NCBI GenBank assembly: GCA_965178125.1
Contig: OZ237736.1
Location: 1,722,788 to 1,742,787, forward strand
Direction: 5' to 3'
From: Bilabrum cf. latius
Lineage: Eukaryota
Length of the DNA: 20,000 nt
Shown here: positions 1 to 9,800 of the stretch, one piece after another
How the letters are laid out: every line of letters starts with the position of its first letter
Position numbering within the stretch: position 1 is the first letter of the stretch
The notes under the pieces: model-generated
Databases searched by the model: none
Told to the model about the DNA's origin: nothing
The model's input: the letters and a program-made list of their open reading frames with translations, nothing else
Made by a program: the position numbers and the translations under genes

Positions 1-1
1 C

Positions 2-3000
2 GATCGACTAAGCGACGTGCAGGGCACACCGGCATTCCAACCGCCGGAGATTTTCACGATGGAGCGGGGGTCTGGCAACACGTACAGTGGGTTTGCATTT
101 GACATGTGGTCGGCAGGGGCAACCCTATATTCGCTTGTGTTCGGGCGGCCCCCATTTATGGCAAAAGGCCAGGTGGCGCTGGTGGAGGCTGTCACCCATG
201 ACGAGCTGAAGATAGAGGAGAGCAAGGTGAACCCATTCTTGCGCAACTTGCTCATGGGTCTGCTTGAGAAGGACCCGTCCAAGCGCATGACGCTGCCCGG
301 CGCGATGACGCATGACTGGGTCACGCAGGAGGGGGCTGACCCTCTGATCACAGCTAGACACAAACGGTTGCGTCTCCACGACATTGCAGAAAGGTCGCGC
401 ATGGCATAGCTCGCATCGATTACCGTGCAGAAGGTGGCAGGTCCCGAGCAGCAGGTAGGCACAGCTGCCGCAGGGTCATCGAGGGCACAGTCCAAAGGTG
501 CTGGAGCGTCCGGTCGCCCAACACCTCCACCTCGAGGGCTGCGCCCGCCGCCACGTCCAACAGTGCGGATTGGCCGGTAGTCCTCCAATGAATCCACTGA
601 TACATTCGCCAGTGCTGTGCGTGGATCACCCACCACACCGACGTCGGGAACAGGCATAGGGTAGGGCCGCCCTGCAGTTGCCAGTCTCAACCTCGGGTTA
701 CGAACAGGAGATACCGCTGCACCGCCTACAACAAAGAGTGGGCAGCGCGCGAGGAGACGGAGCGTTGCTGTGGCCGGATACCGATACAACCCTATCACAC
801 CGCTGTCTGCTCGTGATGGATTCGGTGGTGGCTAGTCACTCCTGAAGGGAGCTTCTACGTCTCGCGGTGGCGGCAAGGGCTTCAATAAATGGGGATCAAA
901 GGAGGCTGCCGGTGGCAGAGGAGACGCCCCAGCATCGGGTGCAGGTGCAAGCGAGCGGCCGGGTGGGGGCCCCAGTGGTGCAGAGCTACTCGCGAAGAGT
1001 TTAACTCGAACCTAGTCTGCTCCCTACTTGCTTCCGAGCGTTCGAGAGGACCCGCTGCTCAAGTCGTAGACTGCAGTTAGTCGGCACGAGTATGAAATGA
1101 GGCAGAATCGTTTCGGCCGCCTTTGGCGCACCAAAAACCACAGCCATGCAAAGCATGGCATGCCCCACGCTGGGCATGCCAAGGGCAAACGGCGCAGCAT
1201 CTTCATCAAAAACGACGTGGAAGTCGGAATGGAGGGCGTTACGCAATCCCCCCGCATTGACCACGAGCTTCAAGTGAGGCCGGGTAGGGGCCATGGCGGC
1301 GGTGTAGATAGTGTCGGATACTCTAGCCCAGATGCTGCGGCTGGAGGTGGTGCTGGGCCTGCCACTTCAGTTTCGGGCAGCAGTGCTGGACCACGGGGCG
1401 GACGAGTGGTCGGCCTTCAGGAGAAGAAAAGGGCCGAAACTCGCCGGAAGAAGCAGCAGGAGACGCAGGCTAAGATTCGTGAGCTGTGCCGAGCAACGCA
1501 GAAAAAGAGGATGCGCCTTTTCAAGGGCTACGAGGGTCAGTTGGACAGCAAGACGCTCCAGGTGCTCATGGACCAGGGCAGGCTCCCAATCGCAGCAGAA
1601 CGTGCAGCGGCTCAAGTTGTCGACATGGAAATTTTCAGCGGTGGGGGAGGGAAAGACGATGCCAAGTCAACGGACAGTGACGCGAGTGCCAATGGCAACG
1701 CAAGCCCGCCAGGTCATGTTACAATGGAAGGACTTGGGCCAGCTTCACCTGGAGCTGGCAGTCGAAATCTGGGCGGCAGCAGCGGCCTCGGATTAAATTC
1801 TTCCTTGAAAGGCAAGCTTGGAGGCTCCGGTGAGCTCAGCAAGTCCAAGCAGGTTCTATCCCGGGCTGAGAGTGAGGCGAGACTTCACAAAGGTGGCCTC
1901 AGTCGAACGAAGGACTTTGTGATGGTCCGCCACGAAGCTGCTGCCGGAGGTGCGGATGGCGGTCGAGCAATGAAAGGAGTCGTATTCACTTCGAACACTG
2001 ATTCGCTCAGTCTTGTGGGTGGCTTGAGAAATGCGCAGCTGAACAAGAGGGGTCAGGGCTAGGACCAGCTGGGAGGCATCGGGGCAACCCATGTAGAAGC
2101 AAGCGATGAAGACTCGTCTGACGACGACGATGCCAGTCTGGACAGCGCTAGCGAATGGGCTGGCGATGGTGGCGGGCGCAAGAGCGGCATTAAGAAGAGC
2201 AGAAAGAATAGGGTCGAGTCGGGCAGCGACAGCGATTCGGACAGCGACAGCGATGGCGAGGAGATCGTCGCATTGGATGGTAATGACGATATCAACGACG
2301 TGTTTGACGAGCTAGAGGCCTACAAGCACAAGCATGACCCCTCGCTGGACGACCTATCTAAAGAGGAAGAAGCTAGGCTTGCCGTCGCTTTGGCCAGTCT
2401 GTCTGTGGACGAGATGGCAGCCACAAAAGCAGGTGAAGTACCTCGGGCAGCAGATGCTGCCAGGCGTGGGGAGCAGCTGGAAGGCGACACCGTCGAGCAA
2501 GAGAACGAAGATGACAGCGATGCTGACGACGTTCACGAAGCAGGATCTGCTGACGGCCTCCGCACTCCGCCCTTGGTGGAGAAGCAAAGTGATGACAGTA
2601 CGCCTCTCTCTCCCGCTGCGAGCAGCGACGCAGCAGTTGGATAGGAAGCAGTGAGCAGGATGTAGGCCAGCAAGGTGGAGCAGAAGCATGCCAAGCAAAG
2701 GGCGAGAGAGGCTATTCCCATGCGGACAGTGCGAAACAACTGGGGTGGTGTGGACCCTATACGAGGCCTTGTGTGGGCTGCTGCTGAGCGCTAGGGCAAA
2801 CCTGACTACATGGAAGATCGTTTCCTTGCTGTACCCACCGTGTACGATCGGCGCGATGTGGGAGGGGCACAGGAGCCAGACTGGGTCAGGGCTTGTGGTG
2901 GGGCTGCCACATTTGCTGTGTTTGACGGCCACAAAGGGGACACTGCGTCTGAGTACCTGCGACGTGGCTGGTAGCGGAAGCTGCGAGATGTGCTTGCGAG

Positions 3001-4231
3001 ACCTGAGTCTCGGCCACCATAGTTACCTCCGATGTCAGCTCGTGATAGCAGCCGTGGCGTAGATGGCGTCAGTGCAGCAACAGGTGGTGCTTTCTCCCCT
3101 CGACCGGGCGACGAGGAGGCCGCTCCCGAGCCTGACTTGCCGATTGGTGTGGCCAGCAGTGGAGACAGCATGGCAAGGGCTCTTCAAGCCGCGTGTACTG
3201 AATTGGATGGCGAGTTGCTGGCTCACTGCAAGAAATACGATGTTGGAGACGGCTCCACTGGAACTGCTGTGGTTTTTATGAGAGATCCTGCAGGTGTAGC
3301 GGGTGACGAGGCCGGTTTGCTGTCTACAGCGAAGGCTCCACTTCGAGTTTGGTGTGCAAACGTTGGAGACACTCGGGCAGTACTTAGTCGAGGTGGCATT
3401 GCTGTTGAACTCTCCAAGGACCACGGCACGGATGATCCCGAAGAGGTCGCTAGGGTACACAGCGTTGGTGGGGCGATCAAGCAGCGCAGGCTGCAAGGCA
3501 TTCTGGCTGTGACTCGAGCTTTCGGTGACATGGAGCTCAAGGTTGACTACGAGGGTCGATATGTTGAGGACCTTACGGGGCCACCACTTATTGCAATGCC
3601 GGATGTCGTGCGTCGTTCCATTGATGCGGAGCGCCCAGAGGATGAGGCCGAAGTGGTAGACGATGATGATGACCCTGATGAGTTGGATCGTGTTGGTAGG
3701 GACGCCAGGAACAGCTCCGCGTCTGCTCGGGACCAAGAGCTAGGCGTCGATCTCACGGCTGGCCGAGTAAGTAGGGGGCGTGATAGCTCTCTTAGTGGCG
3801 AGAAACTGGGTCCAACAGAGGACCGGGACGAGAGCAATTTCAACTTGCTGTCTTCAAAGGCGGGTGCATCGAAATTGACCACCGAGGACAGTCCGAGCAA
3901 GGGTGCAGGAGCAGCCATGGCATCTAGGTCTAAGGAATCGGACGGAGCAGATCGAGGCGTGCTTGACGGATGGCGCACAGCTACAGGGTCTGATGAGTTC
4001 GTCATCATAGCATGTGACGGTCTGTGGGACGTCATGAGCAGCCAGTAGGCCGTGAACTTCGTACGTCGACAGCTTGCTGAGCACGGTGACCTTGTGCGAG
4101 CTGCCAATGAGCTCGTGCAGAAATCACTTGAGCTATTCACCATCGACAACGTCACAGCAATCATCGTTGGTTTCATGAGAGAAGGTGCTGGCGAGCCTGC
4201 AGTTGCTGGCGACAGCCTGATGACCGTGTAA
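2..4231 (+). CDS. 5'-partial LKB1/CAMKK-like Ser/Thr protein kinase fused to a C-terminal PP2C (PPM) phosphatase; 1409 codons in the window, TAG read as sense
   Basis: Track ORFs 17, 1097, 2273 and 3032 share one frame. Manual translation of the gaps finds only TAG interruptions (13: 407, 578, 662, 833, 1013, 1067, 2060, 2642, 2663, 2792, 2972, 3020, 4046) and no TAA/TGA until TAA 4229-4231. Kinase C-lobe motifs: QGTPAFQPPE, DMWSAGATLY, GRPPF, KDPSKR, HDWVT. PP2C motifs: [TAG]GKPDYMEDRF, FAVFDGHKG, DGSTG, ANVGDTRAVL, LSKDH, LAVTRAFGD, DEFVIIACDGLWDVMS, DNVTAIIV. Confidence 0.93.
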
Positions 4232-4314
4232 TTGGTGCATAAGTACATCTGCTAGATTTTGTAATTTGGCTTTAGCTTAACATTCAATTAATTGTAGCGT
4301 GCTCGGCAATCTCA

Positions 4315-4346
4315 CCTAACCCCCCCTAACCTAACCCTAACCCTAA
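4315..4346 (-). repeat. Short degenerate telomeric tract (CCCTAA-type on +), inverted relative to the downstream arrays
   Basis: cctaac cccccctaac ctaaccctaa ccctaa read directly. Confidence 0.85.
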
Positions 4347-4357
4347 ATTCTCCAATC

Positions 4358-4727
4358 GCCCACCTCCATCCGCCGCCCTCTGCAGGCACCACCCACCAGC
4401 CACATCCCAAGCGCCCACCTCCATCCGCCGCCCTCTGCAGGCACCACCCACCAACCACATCCCAAGCGCCCACCTCCATCCACCGCCCTCTGCAGGCACC
4501 ACCCACCAGCCACATCCCAAGCGCCCACCTCCATCCGCCGCCCTCTGCAGGCACCACCCACCAACCACATCCCAAGCGCCCACCTCCATCCACCGCCCTC
4601 TGCAGGCACCACCCACCAGCCACATCCCAAGCGCCCACCTCCATCCGCCGCCCTCTGCAGGCACCACCCACCAGCCACATCCCAAGCGCTCGCCTCTATC
4701 CGCCGCCCTCTGCAGGCACCACCCACC
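4358..4727. repeat. Subtelomeric C-rich satellite, 55-bp unit, ~6.7 copies
   Basis: Unit gcccacctccatccgccgccctctgcaggcaccacccaccagccacatcccaagc starts at 4358, 4413 and onward with few substitutions; it abuts the telomeric array. Confidence 0.95.
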
Positions 4728-4980
4728 TTAGGGTAGATTAGGGTTAGGGTTAGGGTTAGGGTTAGGGTTAGGGTTAGGGTTAGGGTTAGGGTTAGGGTTA
4801 GGGTTAGGGTTAGGGTTAGGGTTAGGGTTAGGGTTAGGGTTAGGGTTAGGGTTAGGGTTAGGGTTAGGGTTAGGGTTAGGGTTAGGGTTAGGGTTAGGGT
4901 TAGGGTTAGGGTTAGGGTTAGGGTTAGGGTTAGGGTTAGGGTTAGGGTTAGGGTTAGGGTTAGGGTTAGGGTTAGGGTTA
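4728..4980 (+). repeat. Telomeric array 1, (TTAGGG)n, ~42 units
   Basis: Perfect hexamers except an irregular start (TTAGGG TAGA TTAGGG); ends in ...GGGTTA. Confidence 0.98.
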
Positions 4981-5013
4981 CAGTACCATCCTAGGCCAGG
5001 CCCGGGCGCCGCG

Positions 5014-5051
5014 AAAGTATCATGTTCCGCAAAAAGTATCATGTTCCGCAA
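5014..5051. repeat. 19-bp tandem direct repeat near the invariant end of the element
   Basis: aaagtatcatgttccgcaa x2, 33 bp from the telomere junction; present in all three copies. Confidence 0.9.
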
Positions 5052-6545
5052 AGACGGTGTTGCCGCGCAGTGTCCAAGTGGTCGCAAGATCGCACTGAGG
5101 CAGATCTGGGCCAGTTGCAGATATGCAAGCAGTCGACAAGAGGTGCAAGTGATTAGCAATGCATATTTGGTGTATGATTATGCTTGTCTGCTTGGTTTAC
5201 AATGAATCTCGGCCTCGGTCTCCTCGGTGGTGCTGCCCGTGGGTGACGAGCACCCAGGGGGCTGCACGGGATGGACGCCCACCCGGCGAGTCTGGACCAA
5301 ACCGCGTCGTGCAAATTGGGTTTGCCAAGGAGGTGTGCCCTGCTGTGTTTCGCCCGCGAGAATAGGGGGTTGTCTCCCCGTCGGGCAGGTGCTCCATCCA
5401 GCTCGCCCGTCCGTGACTGAGACAGCACGGGCCGCGACAAGTGCGCGAGCCCGGGGATCAAGTCAGCGGCCGATGGCAGCGAGCCGGCATGAAGCGCGTG
5501 CACGAGGAGCTTGCGCTTCCCATGCACTGCCTGCCCCACCTCATTGCGGATCTGGGACATCAGGTTCATCGTGTTGCCACACACACCTCCACACTCGACG
5601 ATCGGATCTACAGAGACACCTGTCCCGGGATGCTGCTCCTCGTCATTGGCCTGCTCCTTCTCGCCCCGGGGGCACGCGCTGCCTCGAAGCACGCACCCGC
5701 GCTCCCGCCCGACTCAAGGACTGAGTGCTGGGAGGGTGCGCGGGCAGCCGCGTGAGAGGATGACGGGCGTGCCGCCGAAGGCCGAGTCCAGGAGCTGGGG
5801 ACGGGACGCATCGTTGGGACTGCCCTGAGGAGACCAAAGAATCAACCGCCATCCGTACGGATCCCTATACGGTTGGCCGGTCTGACTCTCTGCTCGCCCA
5901 CCGCACAGATCTGCTCAGTTCCATGCAATGTTTGCCAGAAGCGGCGAGAGGGTCTCATCAGCACAGGTGGGTCCTAAAGGCTGCCTGCAATGCATAGAAA
6001 AAGAATATATCGATTGAAACTAATTAATAGCCCCTCGATGCATGGCAACATACCCGAGTGCTGCCATGAAAACCGGACAACGCACAAGCACGTTAGCAGA
6101 CCAGCGATGATCCCATACAGATGCCAGAACCTAACAGAAACACCAACAATCAATTTGAATGAATACAATAGAATCAAAATACCTGGCGGTTGTTGTACTC
6201 GGGCTATGCGGTACCTAGCTGTTCTGTCTGCAAACGCCATGGCGCGCCCCAATGAGGCGAGACCAAAAGCAGACCCACAGCAGCATGTCACCTTGAACAT
6301 ACAACGACATATGGCAGTAAGTGGTAATTAACATGAATCCCAACAGGCCTCAGTACAGTTGAGCCGGTATGTGGCGCTGAGAGGTGTGGTTGCGCCAGAA
6401 TCCGCAAACGGTCGTGAACAGCGGAACCAGCATGCGCGGCGCCGAGGACGTCCAGCAGGGCAAGCCTGTAGCAGGGTGTGCACCGGTTCACGGTACCGAT
6501 GCTTGGATGTTTGTGGGCTAGGAATCTGTTTTGTAATACACATGA

Positions 6546-6564
6546 TAGGGTTAGCCCTAACCCT
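6546..6564. repeat. Internal inverted pair of telomeric motifs (TAGGGTTAG-CCCTAACCCT)
   Basis: Read directly; repeated in copy 2 at 16995-17013. Confidence 0.8.
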
Positions 6565-6826
6565 TCAGAATCGGATGCATGGTTCATTTACTTCCATGAG
6601 AAGGGCTGACGTCCTGCATGCACTACATTAGCCCAAATACAACACACGCACATGTCGTCTTGAAACAGTGCACCTCTTTATATTACAGTGGATATAACTC
6701 ATGGCGAGAGAGGCTTGTCTGTCTGCAGTGCTGCAATGCAGCTCTTCACTGCTGCACATGCAGCTCGAGGTTCTGCAAGTTATCTGTTCTGCATAGAAAA
6801 TCACAGAACATGACACCTCACTGGCC

Positions 6827-9800
6827 TCATGTCCATTTCTCGTCAAACCCCCAGCCTTCTTGCTCAATTGCTGGGATGTGTACCCACCGTGGAGCGGTGC
6901 CAAGAAGAAGGATCTCGATTTCGCCACGTGCCCGTGAAATATCTCGCTGGCCCATACCACGCAATCCAGCGCCGGGCACTGATGGCGCCATGTTCTGGTC
7001 ACCACGAATTCCTCTAGGTCGTGACAGTGCTGAAGTCGGCGGCTGCGTGATGGCGCTGGAGGCTGCTCCCAGCGGCGGCTGCAACTCGGCAAGGCCGTCA
7101 CTACCAGCCTTGTCGGTAGGCATCTGCAGCAATCGACCGATTGGATCATCATCGCTGCCAGCCCCACTGGATGCTGATTCCGAGGCAGGCCTCAATGGTT
7201 CCGATGCCCTGCTGCCGATCGCAGTTCGGTTGAATGCGTTGGCCTCCGTTCGTTCTGCGGGACTCGAGCTCGCATGCTCGCCGGATTGCCGCATGTGCCT
7301 TGATCGCTTCTATTGCCCTTCTTCCTCATCGCTCTCATGGCCGGGCCAAATATGTCCCAACGAATCTAGGCTATGCTCAAGAGCAGAAGTAGTGGTGGAT
7401 GCCTGTGACAGGATGCTGTCGCCATCGTCAAGAGGACGAGCACGTGTGTACATCCGAAGAACCTAGCTGCAGTGTTGCGATTGAGGTATGTGATACGCAC
7501 GCCAAAGCTCGTGCCTCTGGTCGGCACTCACGCCTGCTTCTCCTGCTTCTGCACGTGCTCGGGCCACCATGGATCGGACATCTCCCACAGCTTTCAAGCT
7601 TTGAGCTAGTGACCTGCGTACCAGCCCCTTGCCTGCTGCCTTGTAGTACGGGGCTTCTGATAGTGCAGGCACTACTGATGGACTACAGGGCAGGTTAATG
7701 CAGAGACCAGCGCCGTAGTAGCCTACATCGATGACACGACGCAGTGACCCATCCTACCTGTTCAGCGCCCCTCTGAAGACTTGAGGACAATCAAAGCCTG
7801 GGTTCATCCACTTGAAATGATCTAGCACGACAGACTCCACGTGCTGGGCAATGGTAACGGCAGGCTGGGCGGTTCTTGGTGGTGGCGAGACGTCGAGCAC
7901 TGTCTAAAGTCCAGATCGTGCAATCGACGGCTGGCCTCCCCTTGGTCGCTTCGTTCCAGGCAGAGGGGGCCGCTGCAACCGATCGGGCAGCAATACTGCA
8001 GACCCAATCACACACGCAGGTAAAAGCCACACTGATACCATACGACGAAACTGCTCGTCTGCGAGGGATGGCTGTCCGTTCTGCCTGGTGCCTACGACAG
8101 CACGAAGAATTGAAGCGACGTACGAGGTCCGGACAGATGACTCGGCAGCAAGCTTGCGTTGCATGGTCCAGGATAACGATGTTATCAACGCATAGCCTAG
8201 CTTGGAGGCCCTAGCAGATGTCGTGGTCGCCAAGTCACCCCTGAGATTCCCAGCGTTCTTAGAGCCGCGCCACATTGCGCCTGCATCTGGCCTGGGACTG
8301 AAGGCAATCTTGGATATGCACATCTGCAAGCCAACTAGTATTGCACTCCTTGAGCACCTGAGCCGAGATAGGAGCAGCCCGTACAGTGCTACAGCTAGGC
8401 TGCCCCTTGCTAGCATTCCTTTCCGTGTGCCACTGCGAAGGTGGAGCTTTGCCAGGTGCATTTGCGCAAGGTAAAGCTTCCGTAGCTGCTGCTCCATGAC
8501 TACAGCGTGGGACATGTCTGTAGACTTGGCAAAGTGCAACAATAGCCTGGACCGCTCAGGCAGTCGAGACAAAATGTCAGCCTGCACGTCAGCCCGTACC
8601 ATAGCACGAAAGCCGGTGATTCCGTTGTTCACACCGCTGATGCCCAACTGGAAGTGCTCGTCACCTTGCGTTGATACGAGTCCAGAAAGACCATACCTCT
8701 CGGAGATCCGAGAGATCTGCCATGTCATGCCCAAGCCTTCTGCCAACGCACACAGGCTCCAAGACGTTACCATGACCTCACAGACGGCAAGCACAGTCCA
8801 CGAGTTCAAGAACGTACCGTTGCACCCCCCAGCCCTGACTGACTACACCGCATTTCCGATTTGATCAATGATGGCGGATGCAACCGCCATTACATTAGAC
8901 TGCTCAGGCATACTGCTAGCAGATTGCAAACAGTCACGGACGCTGGACCACTCCAGTGTCGAAGGCCCTAAGTTTCGAAGAACTGGCCTAGTAGCGGGAA
9001 GCCACGTTACGGCAATTTGCTCTGCAACAACCTGAGACCATGCATCTGTCCGTAGAGCCACGCAGCCTTCCATACAGCATCTGCTCATCGATGCAGCTAG
9101 CGCCCACATCGCCGATCGCTGATACGTGGGAATCCTGTCTGCACCACAGACAGCTGCTACGAGCAGTCTTTCGATTCTGCAAAGTGCCCGACGGAGTGTA
9201 TACCTGAGCATTTCCAAGTGATTCATGATGGATGTCTTCTTCACGACCTCCACGAAGCATTGCGAGAATGGAGCCACTGACAAATGCTCGATAGTGTCGG
9301 CGCGATGTTCACTCCGTAACTGTCCGTACTGCAGTTCAGCTGGTAGCACTACGGAGGCCAGCATCAGACTCATGGTTGACGCGGGTACATCGAACTCGCC
9401 CCTGGTCGATCCAAGGATTCCTGCAGTTAGCCTTGCATAGCTTTGAGTGAATGCCGTTTGCAGCCCAAGGTATATCCGCCGGCGGGTTGGCAGTGCATCC
9501 AGAGCTGCCTAGGCTCGAATCATGCTTGCAGTTCTCGAACTCAAAGTCGATGGAGCATGTGCATCCGATTCAGCGAAGTGGCGAACCTTAGAGAGAACTC
9601 GTCGGCGAAACTGGTCATATGCAGAGTCGTGCGCCCCTGGACTAGGCTGAAATGCTCGGAATGCTCCAGGCTGGTACAAATGCAGCTGAGATGACAGCAT
9701 GCAGCCAAGTGACATAAATGAAGGCATGCCGTAGTCGTTGCCAGTGTCATTCTCGGCTAAAACACGTCGGTGCACGGAAAGCACGTCACCCCAGGATAGC

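Noticed and set aside
2-4231. Pseudogene or intron-split interpretation of the kinase and PP2C fragments
   Set aside because: All 13 interruptions are TAG in one frame, with no frameshift, TAA or TGA, and catalytic motifs are intact.
4312-4726. Trp/Gly-rich minus-strand ORFs
   Set aside because: Artefacts of the 55-bp satellite; the unit length is not a multiple of 3.
5930-5962. Hammerhead core CTGATGA on the - strand
   Set aside because: No stem II followed by GAAA downstream.
5153-6331. Short overlapping ORFs in the element's left 1.3 kb (e.g. 5153-5692 -, 5974-6300 -)
   Set aside because: No recognisable motifs, and TAG read-through does not join them into a long frame (TGA at 5714 and 5842). 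A small or degraded gene cannot be excluded.
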